Positions 1-14,917 of a stretch of 64,000 nt of DNA are shown here, in pieces. The notes below the pieces were generated by a model. The model saw only the letters and a program-made list of their open reading frames with translations. It made no database searches and was not told the DNA's origin. Origin of the DNA: Eledone cirrhosa (Eukaryota); contig OZ024745.1 of NCBI GenBank assembly GCA_964016885.1, positions 101,494,001 through 101,558,000 of the forward strand, given 5' to 3'. Within the stretch, counting starts at the first letter, position 1; every line of letters starts with the position of its first letter. The translations under genes were made by a program, and so were the position numbers.

Positions 1-2419
1 TCACTCTAAACTGGGTTCAAATATTGCTGAGGTCAACTCTACTCTGACTTTTATCCCTTCGAGATCAATAAAAGAAAGTCCCAATCAAGTACATAGTTGA
101 TTTAACCCTTTCATTACAGTATTTCTAATGAAATATACTGCCAATGATTTTCATATAATTTTGAAAACGAGAACTTGATGGAATTTAGTAATATAAACTA
201 ACCATCTCGTTATTTATCTGTTTGGAACATAAAAGTTCCCACATGAAATTATGATGAACAATATTTAGATAAAGTGTAATTCAAAAGAAATTTGGGTGAA
301 TCTATTTGCAGCTGGAGTGACTGTGCCGTAGCTTCTGTCAATTTGTAAATTTATTCAAACAGGAAGTCTAATCCTGTATAAAACTCTGGTATTTGCTTGT
401 CTCATGAGATGAAGGATCTGCACCTATGAAGTCTTACTTCAGTCTGTGTTGGTAGACTGTGGTGAAATCTGCAGGGTCCTCTCCAGATCGCAGACCAGGG
501 CAAAGTTGTATGCAAAACCAGTAGTTGCACATTCAGTGGATCTCTATGTCAGTATTATTAAAGAGCAGTGCAAACATCAATACAGTTTGGCATCAGTGTC
601 ATTACAAGAATTGCCAGAACAATGGTGACAACAATGCTGGACTGCTTTAGAGTCCCTCAGCTATCAATCTATAATCAATTAAATCAACTAAAGTATTTGA
701 TTGGTAATTAGAACATTTTTCATAGACTCCAGAAAAATGAAAGCTAAACTTGACCTCATGGAGCTTGAAAGACGAACGTAAAGAATTGGAATATCATCAT
801 CATCATCATCATCATTTAATGTCTATTTTCCATGCTAGCATGGGTTAGATAAGTTGTCCTGTTAGAGGCAAGGTGGGTCAAGTGCCCATGTCTTGCTCAT
901 ACAAAACTGTATCTGGCTTGGTTTTCTATGGCTGGATGCCCTTCCTAATGCCAACCATATTTACAGTGTGGGCTGAGTACTTTTTGCTATGACACCTACA
1001 TGACCACATTTACAATGTGGGCTGGGTGCTTCAAAAAACATTTTGTATAACATGTTAACAATTCTGCCGTTAAACTAACACTTTGATATAACTGGTATCA
1101 TTATTGCTGGAAATTGGTTAGAGAAAAATAAACAAGTATCTTAAATATGACTATTATCCATCTAGTAATGTACAGTAAAATGTACTATCTGTATTCTAAG
1201 ACATTGAAGTGAGCAAGGCATATCTAATAATTTCTACCAGATCTACAGCTAAATGTTAGTAGAGGAAGGAATATTGGATACTGTAAACTATTCTCCATCC
1301 TATCTAATCCTATTCAATGCCATTTGCCTCTTTCAATCACAGAATCTGCTTTTTTTTTACTGAGACAGGGCAGACATAAATAATCTTAGTTTAATTAACA
1401 ATGAAGAGATAGTCATATTATCTCGAAGGTAGATGCATTACTGCTTGCTATCTTGACAACTTGAGATAAACTGCAGAAAATCCCCAGCTAAACAGATTAC
1501 AAATAATACTTGGTCAATCTATAGATATCTTTCCCTTTTCTATCCCTCTCACTATTCCAGCTTCTTCAACCTTATTTCCTATCCCATTTCTCAAAACTTT
1601 GAATAGGAAGGTAGGAGTAACTATGTTTTCATTTATTTTCAGACAAACAAGAAATATGTTACCCTTTTCTCTAATTGTTCTTAATTCTAGGAATGGAATA
1701 TTCCCCCTCCCCCCTCTCTATATATGGCCTCAGCCGGGTGGCAGGAAGAGGTAAAAAGAGTAATATATATATATATACATACAATGTTTCTACTTTTGGC
1801 ACAAGGTCAGCAATTACCCCAGTGCATTACTGGTGCTTTATTTTATCGACCCCATAAGGATGAAAGGCAAAGCTAATTTTGGCAGGATTTGACCTCAGAA
1901 AGTAAAGGGCCATTACTCTGCAACACAGTGTCTGATGCTTTACTGATACTGCCAAACCACAACAATAAAGACACGCACACTTCAAACAAATACTGCTAGG
2001 AAAAATAATGACAATTTCTTCAAATTCTAAAATCTTAACAATTAAAAATATTTATCAGATTCACAATCTGAAGATAATATTAAAAAACATTTTTCCAAAA
2101 TTATATAAGATAGTTGAAATTTCAATTGCCAGTGCAGAGTAAAATCCCATTGTAATCTTTAATAATATTGGTGGTGTATATAACATGACAACAACAAAAG
2201 TAGTAAAGAAAGAAATATAATATAACAATCATATGATTTAAAAAATGAGACTGTTTGAAAGATTTAATTTTTCTTGTTGATCAAATTTATATAAAATGCC
2301 AGCACCAACAGTTTCCCAAGAGATGTCAACACGAATGGACCTGTTATATTTCTCTAAAAACCTTTTCTTTTCAGATTCTGCTCCACCCGTCCCTTCAATC
2401 TTTCTAATTTCTCATTCTT

Positions 2420-2455
2420 TCTTCTGATGAAGGACTAGCATCCAAAACGTTAAGA
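2420..2455 (+). ncRNA. Degenerate minimal type I hammerhead ribozyme (Penelope-type relic)
   Basis: TCTT-CTGATGA-A-GGA ctagca TCC-(A)AAA-CG-TT-AAGA. All elements are present except for G12 to A. Confidence 0.65.
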
Positions 2456-3842
2456 CGCTTTTCCTGCTATATCAAGCATTAACCTAATATATTCCTTCCA
2501 TATACTGTACTGATTGTGTTGTTATTTATGTTTACCTTTTACATACATACATACACACACATATATGTATAACATACTGTCACACATTTCCTATCTACAA
2601 ACTTTTACTCACATAGCTTTGTTCAACCTGAGTCTATAGAAGATGACACTTGCCTGAGGTGCCACTCAGTGGGATTGGACCCAAAACCACATGTTTGCAA
2701 AAGAAATTCATTAACTACACAGCCAAGCCATGTTTTTAATCACAACAGTGTTTGTAATAAAAGGAATAATATACACAATGTAACATTAGTAATTGTGAAG
2801 GATAGTTTCATCCTTTTTATTGGAGATTGCATTGATCTGAAGAAAACATATTATAACTAAAAAATTTCAAAATATCAAACCTAAGTTTCAAAGCAACCTG
2901 GGAGATCAATAACCTTTTTTCTAATGAGTCTGTATGCATATGTGTGTGTGCATATGTCTATTCATATCCATGAATGTATGTGTATATACTTGCATGATAT
3001 AGATTAAATGAGAAAAGGGATTGAAACAGAAAGAAAAAAATGAAAAAGTATGTGAATGCATGTGTAATGTGATCATAATATGATTGGTCAAAACTCTTCA
3101 GTAGTTTTAAAAGTATACTATAATAAACTTTATTTATTTTTTCATGAATTTCTACTCCAGGGAAAAAATATAACCACAATCTGATATCACCTCCCAGCTG
3201 GTTTCCACAATTACAAATTTCTTCAAAGCACAAATTTAATCTTTTTTTTTTTTTAAATTTGATATCTGATAAAAAAAAAAAAAAAAAAAAAAGTGTTTTC
3301 TTTGTTTTTATAAATAGCATGAAAAACTAAAGTTTGGGTAAAAAAAATAAGACAAATTAATTTTCAGCTAACTTTAATGAAAACTAAGAATGATATATCT
3401 TATATGAGTTTGTTAAATGCTACTTTTTATACTTTTTATATTCAGAAAAATGTAATGGATTATCTACAGGTTTCAACAATGAGCATTCAGCTGTTTAAAT
3501 TTTTGTGTAAGTGGGTGAGTATGTCGACCCATAAACATCATGATACCATGTGACAATGCTGAGGATCACTCCTGGCAACTTCACATATGTAATATAGTAA
3601 AGAGTTTTAATCCTAAAGACTATAACAATTTTCTTCATCAACTGAAAATATTTCAGCTCTTGATTAGTTGCTGATCCTTTTACAAAGCTCAAGTGAGATC
3701 CAGAATGGAGTACTGCTCCCACACCTGAGACAGTATTTCAGTGACACAGACTAATATCGTAGACAACAGAAGACCACCCAATAAATAAGCAATCACTCAC
3801 TCACAAACACACTACATTTTCTGCACTATCATCATTACTTCT

Positions 3843-4120
3843 GCATGTGGCTTTGAGCTAGAGAATTCAGCTCATAATCGTAAGGTTGTGAGTTTGATTC
3901 CCAGCAGCATGCTGTGTCCTTGAGCAAGTCACTTTATTTCATGTTGCTCCAATTCACTCAACTGGCAAAAATGAGTAGTTCCTCTAATTCTGTGTCACAC
4001 CAAGTCTCCCTGAGAACTATCTTAAGGGTATGTGTGTTTGTGGAATGCTCAGCCACTTGCATGTTAATTTCACGAGCAGGCTGTTCCATTGATCAGATCA
4101 ACTGGAACACTCGTCGTCAT
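3843..4120 (+). mobile_element. Degenerate tRNA/CORE-like SINE
   Basis: GAGTTTGATTCC B box followed by GTCCTTGAGCAAGTCACTT. Confidence 0.7.
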
Positions 4121-4586
4121 AACCACTTGTGGTATTTATTCCAGCTCTTTGTATTATAAGTTCAAATCACATTGAGGTCAACTTTGCTTTTGTCCTTTTG
4201 GGGGTCAATAAATAAAATATCAGTCCAAAGTGAGGGAGTAGCTGAATTATTAGAGCAACAGATGGGATACCTTGTGGCATCTGTTCCAGCTTTGTGTGCA
4301 CTGATTTCAAATCCTACCAACAGAAAGATATTGACATGATAGGACTGGGGTCTCCTATCTTTAATCTATTAGAATTTAAACTGGTCATATCTGGTCAGAA
4401 TTCTCTCACCCCTTTCTGTTCAAACTGGCAGCTCATACCTACATTAAGGTATTATTCTCAAAATTTCATAGATTCGATATTATGTGAGATAAAGTCTTTA
4501 CAATGAAAATAGAACAGCATATATAGAGTAATGTAAATGCTAAAGGGTTAAACTACCCAAGAAGCATAGAAAGAATATGTAGTCAC

Positions 4587-5443
4587 AGTATATCTTATAT
4601 ACAATAAACAAAACTTCTCTAGATAGTATAATTAACCAGTATATCTTATATACAATAGTTACAAAACTTCACTAGATAGTATAGCTAACCACCATTTCTT
4701 ATATACAATAGTTACAAAACTTCACTAGATAGTATAGCTAACCAGTATATCTTATATACAATAGTTACAAAACTTCACTAGATAGTATAGCTAACCACCA
4801 TTTCTTATATACAATAGTTACAAAACTTCACTAGATAGTATAGCTAACCACCATTTCTTATATACAATAGTTACAAAACTTCACTAGATAGTATAGCTAA
4901 CCACCATTTCTTATATACAATAGTTACAAAACTTCACTAGATAGTATAGCTAACCACCATTTCTTATATACAATAGTTACAAAACTTCACTAGATAGTAT
5001 AGCTAACCACCATTTCTTATATACAATAGTTACAAAACTTCACTAGATAGTATAGCTAACCACCATTTCTTATATACAATAGTTACAAAACTTCACTAGA
5101 TAGTATAGCTAACCACCATTTCTTATATACAATAGTTACAAAACTTCACTAGATAGTATAGCTAACCACCATTTCTTATATACAATAGTTACAAAACTTC
5201 ACTAGATAGTATAGCTAACCACCATTTCTTATATACAATAGTTACAAAACTTCACTAGATAGTATAGCTAACCAGTATTTCTTATATACAATAGTTACAA
5301 AACTTCACTAGCTAGTATAATTAACCACCATTTCTTATATACAATAGTTACAAAACTTCACTAGATAGTATAGCTAACCACCATTTCTCATATACAATAG
5401 TTACAAAACTTCACTAGATAGTATAGCTAACCACCATTTCTTA
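4587..5443. repeat. 53-bp minisatellite, about 16 copies
   Basis: Unit CTTATATACAATAGTTACAAAACTTCACTAGATAGTATAGCTAACCACCATTT. Confidence 0.97.
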
Positions 5444-5849
5444 ACCTTTAAGGGGGGTCTCATGAAATCTTTCCTCAGAGACACATACAGAGCAAAGCTA
5501 AAAGGAGAAAATAGAGGGAAAAATTAAAGAAGAAAAAAATAAAAAAATTATAGAAGAATGGGAAAATAGTTTCAGTTTAAACCAATTGCAAAATGTTTGG
5601 AGTGACAATGAAAATTATAAAGAGGAACTAATAAGAAAATATATCACCAAAAACAGTTCTGTATGTATAAATATATATATATACACACAGGAGAAATTAC
5701 ACACATACATATATATACATCTCTATATGAACATATACATAAGCATACATTGTAGTAATAGAATTAATATATGCATATAGATAGATATACAAATGCACAC
5801 ACTCTAGAACAAACATATATCTCTACATGCATACACACGCATAGACATC

Positions 5850-5880
<31 letters not shown>

Positions 5881-8214
5881 CGTGTATGTGTGTGTATGTG
5901 TGTGTATGTGTGTGGGTGTATGTGTATATACATATGCATATTCCCAAACACAACATAAATACGAGACAGATGGAAACAATTTTCCATGAAAGTGAACAAA
6001 AAAGACTCTAGACTGTTGATAAATGGAAAAACAAAATAATACAAGCTAAAATGAGTAACAAACAACAACAATAAAACAAAAACAAACAATGTAGTGGTGG
6101 ATGAAAGAGGCAGGGGGTGAGAATAAAAGCCAAGACAATGACAACAACAACAACAACAAACTTACTTATGGTGAGTACAAAACCAGTCCTTCAGCAAAAA
6201 TGTAGTTTATTTGAAAATTCTCAAGTTAGTAATTTTTATGAGTGATTTGAGGAGCAGAATTTGTACATGTCAACATTTATTAGATAAATTTTATTTGGGT
6301 TTGCATAGTAGATGAAAATACTGAAGATGCTTCTAAAATGGACATCACTTTGCTCTTCCAAATATCAGAAGTTCTAAATTATACTCCTTTGAAATGAATA
6401 AATATTTAAATAAATGAATAAACTTTAAGTCTTATTGTTTTATGTTACGTCCCTTTAAATCCTGAATTCAAACCCTGCTGAGGTTAGCTTTGCCATTTAT
6501 CCTTACAAGATCGATAAATAAATTTATTTAGTAACGCACTGGGGTCAATTTGATTGACTTTCCCCTTCCTCCTCCTGGCTTTAGCAGTGAAGATAGCTTT
6601 AAAATGCTTCTAAATTATGACAAGTCAACTATGGTGCTTCTTTGTACTCACTCAATCTGTTAGGAATAGTAGCTAAATCTCACTCAAATCACAGCCTACA
6701 TCTTTGAAAAAGAACACATTCGATAATATAGCACATAGGAAATAAATGGGATGGTCCTCTACTGGAATATTTTTTTAATCATATGTCTGCTTCAGCAGGA
6801 TTAACTTGGGGCTGTACAACATCAACAACAAGAACAACTTAAATGGTAAGCCAAAGAGAAAGCCTCTTTACATGGTTACTTGACTTGCTAAAAAAAGAAT
6901 AAGACAAGATTACAATGATTTCATAGCCTTTGGTCATTGAACTACTGGATCTGGGTTGGCTAAACAACAACAACTTAAATGGCTGCAAAGAAAACTAATT
7001 TTTCATTTCTGGTTATTTATAGTTGGGGTTTTACTAATACCTAAAATAATCACATGAATTCACTACCATCATCATTTAATGTCCACTTTCCCAGCTAGCA
7101 AGGATTAGATGGGTTTTAACAGACTGAGTCAGTACTGAAGCAGGGCTACTGACTTTCCAGACAAGCTGGGGGTTTGCATCTCATCTACATTCAGTCCCAT
7201 GTTCTACTGAGTGCATTTTATCTTGGCACCAACACTAGAGAGCTTGTCATGTCTTTGACACAACTGAAGATCCTCCCAACCCTTTGTTTGGCAAGCTTTC
7301 TATGGTTGGATGCCTTTCCTATCAACAGCCACTTTACAGCATGTACTGGGTGTATTTATCATGTAGATCACCAACACGAGGAAGATTGACATGTCCTTGA
7401 CACAACTAAAGAGTCCTCCCAGCCCTTCCAATTTTGGATTAAAACAATGCTGACAGTCGAAGAATGTTGAATCAAAGCCATTCATAAAATGGTTCAAGTT
7501 GAGCTTCATGAGAATGTTACAAAATAAAATAAAAACAAACAAGTAGATAACCTAACATAAAATAATACACTGTTTAATTTCTTGAACCAACCCCCTACTC
7601 CCACAAAATTACTGCACTAAACATCTTCACCCACTTATTCCTGAGAGGGTCATGGGAGCAGAGTCCTCAATCACTCCTTCCAGCAGGTCCTGTTAGAAGC
7701 AACCGTCTCCAATTGATCTGGCTGTATCCTCAAGCTCATGGTAGCCAAGCTCATGGATGTTATCCAGTACAATTGAAGGATGATAGGTAAAGTTACCTGA
7801 CAGTATTTAAATACAGAACTTAAATGGAGATAATAGTGTTAGTGATGTGAAATAGCTACTTTAAGTTACAAATACTTTTTGCTGGGAGCTTACCACTTTA
7901 TAGTAATGGTAACAACTCCAGGAGAAACAGTCAGAAGAAAGAAACAGGACAATATGACAAGAGAGAAACATCACAATACAAGCACTGTAAAAAAGACATA
8001 CAAATATATATTTAGTTTTAAAAAAAAAAAAATCACAATTTAAGGCTGTTTTCTCTGCTAGAACAGTGGTTAGCCTTGCGGGTCCCACAACAGGCTTCAT
8101 ACTTATCATGGAGTCTTTTTTTTGTGGCAATGTTTTACAGCCAGATGCTCATTGGAAGATCCAACCTTTTTAGTTGACTCTTTTTGTTTTATCACGTTAA
8201 TTGTTTATGTTATT

Positions 8215-8982
8215 TAAAAGGATCCTCGACTCAGTGAGACATATTACTGTAGTTTGACATATTGAGGTGTGGATTCTTAAAATGTCTTTGACTGAGTGAG
8301 ACATAATACTATAGTTTGAGGTGTGGATTCTTAAAATGTCTTTGACTGAGTGAGACATAATACTATAGTTTGAGGTGTGGATTCTTAAAATGTCTTTGAC
8401 TGAGTGAGACATAATACTATAGTTTGAGGTGTGGATTCTTAAAATGTCTTTGACTGAGTGAGACATAATACTATAGTTTGAGGTGTGGATTCTTAAAATG
8501 TCTTTGACTGAGTGAGACATAATACTATAGTTTGAGGTGTGGATTCTTAAAATGTCTTTGACTGAGTGAGACATAATACTATAGTTTGAGGTGTGGATTC
8601 TTAAAATGTCTTTGACTGAGTGAGACATAATACTATAGTTTGAGGTGTGGATTCTTAAAATGTCTTTGACTGAGTGAGACATAATACTATAGTTTGAGGT
8701 GTGGATTCTTAAAATGTCTTTGACTGAGTGAGACATAATACTATAGTTTGAGGTGTGGATTCTTAAAATGTCTTTGACTGAGTGAGACATAATACTATAG
8801 TTTGAGGTGTGGATTCTTAAAATGTCTTTGACTGAGTGAGACATAATACTGTAGTTTAAGGTGAGTATTCTTAAAACGTCTTTGACTCAGTGAAACATAA
8901 CACTGTAATTTGAGGTGAGGATTCTTAAAATGTCTGAATCGGAGAGACATAATACTATAGTTTGAGGTTTGGATTCTTAAAA
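8215..8982. repeat. 54-bp minisatellite, about 14 copies
   Basis: Unit TTTGAGGTGTGGATTCTTAAAATGTCTTTGACTGAGTGAGACATAATACTATAG, with an identical core and diverged edges. Confidence 0.97.
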
Positions 8983-9582
8983 AGTTATCAAAGAATTTAG
9001 TTTATGACGAGATTGGAATTTCAGTATTTTCACTTTTTAAAAAATCTTTATTGCTATAAATTACTTTTTTCATGGTAATTAAATAAAATGTGACATTTTT
9101 CCAAGCTAAAAGTGTGGCTTATTTCCATTCACCACTTTTTACATGTTTTCTCTCTAGCACACCTGATTACTTTTATAGCCAGTTTTTCCCAGTTCACCTA
9201 TGCATGCGTAGGTGTATGCATGCATGTGTTCATGTGTGTATAGAAACAATTTTTCTGTTTTAGGTGATTTTAATAATTGGCAAATTTTAACATCTGCATA
9301 TCATAAGACCAATTATTTTTTACAGCTGACTAAGACTACCCTTGTTACCTCTAATCACTCAACTGTGTAACAAAAGTGGAACCTATTTGCCAGCCAAGTA
9401 GCCTAAGAGCAGCAGTTATGCCCCACATCCAAGAGCATAGCAAAAAAAACGTTACAGTAAGGTTTAAAATAATGGCTTTCAACTACTAATGATGTGAGTA
9501 GTCCAATATCTAAACTTCACAGCTGTTAAAAGATGATTCTACTAAAAGAAAACAATAGATGAAAGAAAAAAATATAACTGAC

Positions 9583-10616
9583 CTGTAGACATGGTATCTT
9601 CAGGAGATAATAATGGTTTAATATCATCTTCCCAAAGTAATTTGAGAGATGAAAGTGTATTTTGTTCTTCCACCTTTTCTTTTTCCATTATTTCTTTGTA
9701 CTCTGACCAATTTTTAGCATCCTTTTTCGGTTCGACAGTTGACTTTTTGAAAGAATATTTCAAAGGTTTATTCCTGAATGAAATGTTTTGGGTAGAACGA
9801 AAATATTTATGCTGACACATCACAGTGTCCCGGTATTCTTGGACATTAAAAGTATACTCTGTTGATTGTAAAGGTTCTCCTAAAAGTGTTGTTATTATAT
9901 CTTCATTTGGCAGTGACAGATACATAAATGTCTGGCCAGCTATGTTAGGTATGTTATATTTACTAAAATCCCATTTAGGTCCAGTATTTACACCTGTAGA
10001 ATGAAAATAATTTATGTCGTCAATATATCCCTGATACAAATTCCTCCGTAGTTGATGTTCCTCAACAGGTGACTCTTTCAAATTCTGTGAAGGGATCAAA
10101 TCCGTGCATTCTTTTCTGTTGACCAGATTGCTTTTATTTTCTATTGTTAATGACTCAATGTTCTCAACAACATCTCCATTTTCACAATTTTCATTTACCT
10201 TGCTTTGTTCATTATCCTTCATGTTGATATCCTTATTTTCTGAACTATTTCTCAGACAAACTAAATTCTTTTGCTGTATAATCTTCTCAGAACATAATCC
10301 AGTCTCAGAATCCTTAAGTGAGCTTTCTTCAAAACAAGATGTATTTTCTTTAGCACTGACATTCAAGTTAGGCAGTACAACATTTAGTGACTTATCCTCT
10401 TTCACTGTAAACTTTACATCTGCATCATGTTCTTTAGATTTATCAAGTGAATCAATACACCGCATTTTCTTAGCATGATTTGATTTCAAAATTGTTTCAT
10501 GCTCTTGCAAGTCCTCTTCCTCCGAACTTGAAATATATTGTTTATTATAATATTTGCGCTTATTTTTAACATATTGGTTAATATTCAAACACCTTTCATA
10601 TGGTGTAAAATCTGAA
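9583..10616 (-). CDS. TSEN54: TSEN54 exon 6, large 1034-nt exon
   Basis: tttccAG acceptor, G|GTCAGT donor, stop-free (ORF 9542-10588). Conserved islands TPYER.LN, WDFS...PN, NWSEYKE and LW...IKPLLSP are separated by low-complexity sequence. Confidence 0.9.
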
Positions 10617-12290
10617 CTGGAAATAAGTAAGAAGACACAATATTAGTAAATACTATAGATTAAAATTTAGGTATATTACTTTCACTTCTTTATAACAAAA
10701 ATAGATCTAGTAAAGACTACGTTAGTGCTGAGGGAGGAAAAGCACATGTGTGACCTAACATAATACTAAATGACCATAAACAGTGATTATCACTGAAGAA
10801 GCCAAAAGAGCGCAAAGTGGATAAACTAATTTCTCCATAGATATTTCTCTGTCAAAACATTGATAAAATAGTACTGCTAACCGTAAAAAAAATCATTATC
10901 ATCATTATCATTGTTTAACGTCCATTTTCCACACTAACATGGGGGTTAGACGGGTTGTCCCATTTGAGGCAAGTTGGGTCAGGTGACCGTGTCTTGCCCA
11001 TACAGAACTGTTTCTGGCTAGGTTTCTACGGCTGGATGCCCTTCCTAACACCAACCATATTTAAAGTGTGTGCTGTGTGCTTTTTATCATGACTCCTACA
11101 TGACCACTTTACAGTGTAGGCTGGGTGCTTTCTGTTGTGACACCTACACAACCATTTTGCAGCGTGAGCTGGATATATTTTGTTTACAGTGTAAGGGTGG
11201 TGTGGACAGTAGTGGATGGGTGGTGGTATAGTTGTTAAGAGGTGCCTACTAGATGTGTTTGAGTCAATGCGCATGGGAAGTCGTTTCTTCTGTATTACTG
11301 AAAAATACACACAATTATTTCCATAATAAGTTAGGTAGCTTCTTTTGGCTAATGTTGGACAGTAGCAGTAAAATAGCAAATAAAGTTCACAAAACAGTAA
11401 ATGAGTATATTGAATATAAGGGCAGGAACCTTCATCATAGATTGAGGTGTTTTGTGAGGAGAAAATCATTTTTATTCACAGAAGAGCTCTGTTTGGAATA
11501 TTAGGATTCTCTTATTACAGTATACAAACTTATTATAATTTGGAAACATTATAAAGGAAAGAATCTATCTTGTCTGGTATAGTAGAGAGAGGGTAGATGT
11601 AGAAAGAAGGAGCCTGACATTGTGTTAAAAGAAATAAATGATTATAAACAGAAAAAAAGGACATCCAGTAAAAGATATAAACAGTAAGTTAGATGCAAAA
11701 CAAATCCAGTAAGGGACAGCAGAACAAGAAGAGAAAAATAAATTATACATAATACAATAGACATCAACAAAATTACTGGTTCCAATCAGATAGAACAAAG
11801 AAAAGGAATAGAAAGAAATATATAAACAACAATAACAAAAAAAAACTGACAGCAGTAGAGGGTGGGGACGTTACTAAAAAGATTTATGATGATAACAACT
11901 GTTAAATGTGAAGAGATAAACTGGTAAGGGAGTGCAGTAAATTAACTATATCCTCAATTCTTTTTTTACAAATGTCAGAAAAGCCAGCATTGTTCTTGTA
12001 GAAGGCCAAGCTGTAACTTGAGCAAGAAATAGTATTGGGCATTCTTGTTAGCAACATTCTAGAATGTAATGGCATGATATGTGGCCAGCTAGGAATTAGA
12101 AAAATAAACTTGATTCTTCTAATATTACAGGGAGTCACTAGAACAATCTCTCAATACCTGTTATGATTATTTTCATTGCATTCATTCTTCTTTCCATTTC
12201 TTTCTTTGCTTCTACATTGATAGGATTTGGTTGGATCAGTTAGCAAGGATCAATATTTAGGTGTAATCTAAAAATTGTAGTTATACCTAC

Positions 12291-12582
12291 GTGGGGGGCA
12301 CGTGGCCTAGTGGTAAGGGTGTTGGACTTACGATCATAATATTGTGGGTTCGATTCCTGGGTTACGTGTTGTGTTCTTGAGCAAAACACTTCATTTCATG
12401 TTTCTCCAGTATACTCAGCTGGAAATATGAGTACCAGCAATAGCTGGGGGTTTAACCCTGCGATGGACTGGCATCTTGTCCAGGGGGTAGTCTTGTACTC
12501 TCAGTCGCTTCATGCGATGAAACCGGGATAATCACCAGCCAAATGAGCCTTCTGGCTTAAGACAGACTTTAGACTTTTTTTT
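12291..12582 (+). mobile_element. Full-length tRNA-derived SINE with TSD
   Basis: A box TGGCCTAGTGG, B box GGTTCGATTCC, CORE-like GTTCTTGAGCAAAACACTT, (AGACTTT)n tail, TSD TAGTTATAC(C/T)TAC. Confidence 0.88.
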
Positions 12583-14917
12583 TAGTTATACTTACATAAT
12601 ATTTATGTTAGATTTTCTAATATGTGCTGTGTTGTACATATTCTAAGAATCCCTATACTCCTCCACTATTGAAGATTACTCCAACTCTGACCCTTTGTTT
12701 CCTCACATCATCATCTTTGTCATACACCAGTCACTTTATACGTGTCATCTATTTTATCCTGCCATGTTCTCATCCCTAAACATGGTCCACTCTCCTCCCC
12801 ATATCCCACAACCAGACAACCTGTCTAACCCATGCTAGTATGGAAAAATGGATGTTAAACAGTAATGATGATGATGATGATGATGATGATGATATATATA
12901 CATGGTATTAGCAATACATTAAGAAAATTACTAGTTTTATAGGTATTACGAATTTCCCATTATGAGAATTTGCATGTGAGTCACGTAGATAAATCATTAG
13001 TTATTACATCCCACCAAATTCTTGAATATTTTCAAAATTATTTGCAAATAATAAGGAGTGCCATCCATTAGAAATATGGGAACTGAAGGGTTAAATATCT
13101 ATTACTCAAATATACTTCTGGAATAAGTATTTATAGTTGAATTTTATTTCCAGTTGCTGTTAAAACAATGAAATGTTACTACTATCAATTTTCTAACATA
13201 TCCACAGTATTTGAATTTGTGAAGTGAATATCAAGTATCGCCTCTGAAAGTTAAATAACAATCTTGGATTTGATTCCGAGGGCTAATAAACTCCAGTTCA
13301 TTTTCCACAGCAAGAGCGACAAAGGAGTGTCTCATGTTTTTCAGTCTTTTGCCAATATACATTTGTAAATGATATACACAAACATATATATATATAGGTG
13401 CCGGCATGGCTGTGTGGTTAAAGTTCACTTTGCAACAACCTTGACTCAAGTTCAGCTCTACTGAGTGGCACATTGAGCAAGTCTTTTCTACTAAAGCCTC
13501 AGGTTGATTAATGCCTTATGAATGAAATTTGGTAGATAGAAACAGTGCAGAAGTCTGTCATATGTGTGTTTACATTTACTATTTGTTTATGACTCATAGT
13601 AGAGATCAATAAAATAAATACCAAATTGAAAAAATAGCTACTGGGGTCAATATGATCAAACATAGTGGGATCAAACCCTAAACCACAGAGTTGTGAAGCA
13701 AACATTTTACCCAAACAACCACAAAGCATATATTTTGATGTTGTGTGTGTGTGTATGTGAGAGAGAGAGAGTGACTGTGTTGAATGCACCAAAAGTACTT
13801 TATTGTCTCAAAACTTTCATTGTAGCTAAACTAAAACTTTATCACAAGAAATCAATGACAGAACCCCTAGGCAGTCACTTGACTAACTAGTATTAACAGT
13901 CAAATCTCCCTAAAAATCACAATTTTCAGTTACTCAAATTATGATCCAACTAACATAAACTCAATAAAATGTGTACTGTTTTATAAATAGGGACTACATT
14001 TGTTTTCCTTATTTCATAGAAAGGATTTTTAAAGAAAGAAAGAAAGACGCCGCCCCTATCATCTTTCAGTAACATTAACTTAAATTTAAAGGATTATCGT
14101 TAAGCTAATATTTTTTAAGTTGAATTTAATACACTTTCAGAACCACATGCATAAAAGGGAGGGACCTATATACAATCACTCAACTTGCTATGCTAGATAA
14201 ATAGCATACAATTCTACTTCACACCACACCTCCATCATCATCATCATCATCATCTTTTAAAGTTGCTTTATCTATGCTGGCATGGGCTGGATGAGTCAAC
14301 ATGGTTCAAAATGAGACAGTTCATAAGTTCAATTTTTGTCATGATTTCTACAGCTGCATGCCAACCATTTTTAAGATTGTACTGGGTATATTTTAATATG
14401 TTGCTAGCACAACTAATTTACAGAGTGCACTGGGTGCATTTTATTATGGCAGGAGTACTGCATCATCATTGTCACTATTATCATCATAGTTTTATGCCTG
14501 ATTTTCATGCTGTCATGGAATGGATGGCTTGCCATGCCTTCAGACTAGACAGATCAGATGAATATGTCTTGCTCATACAGCCCATTTTGGCATGGTTTCT
14601 ATGGTTGTATGACCTTCCTAGTGTCAATTACTTTATAAAGTGAACTGGAAGCCCTTTATTGTGGCACCAGTACTACCACTTTAGAGAGTGTAGTGAGTCA
14701 CACACCCCATACCCACTCTATATATTCACCTATCTTATAAGTTGAACCCCCCCCCCCCCTCTCACACACACACACAACCACCCACTTTGAGCTGCCAGAT
14801 ATCTTTCCTTCTTCCGAAGGTCAGCTCCACTAACCAACACTTGTTCTCACTCTCCTTTCTTTCCTTCTCCCACATGTAGCTGCCATTGTCACCCCCCTTC
14901 CCACTACCTATTATCTT

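Noticed and set aside
8197-8844. 215-aa ORF of perfect 18-aa repeats
   Set aside because: By-product of a 54-bp tandem repeat that lacks a stop in one frame; no splice or homology support.
1-9580. Remaining C-terminal TSEN54 exons
   Set aside because: Candidate acceptors near 9400, 7985, 6373, 3725, 3490 and 1487 were tested by eye; none gave a phase-1 exon with Sen54 similarity.
12293-12365. tRNA gene
   Set aside because: A and B boxes are present, but the sequence continues into a SINE body with a tail and TSD.
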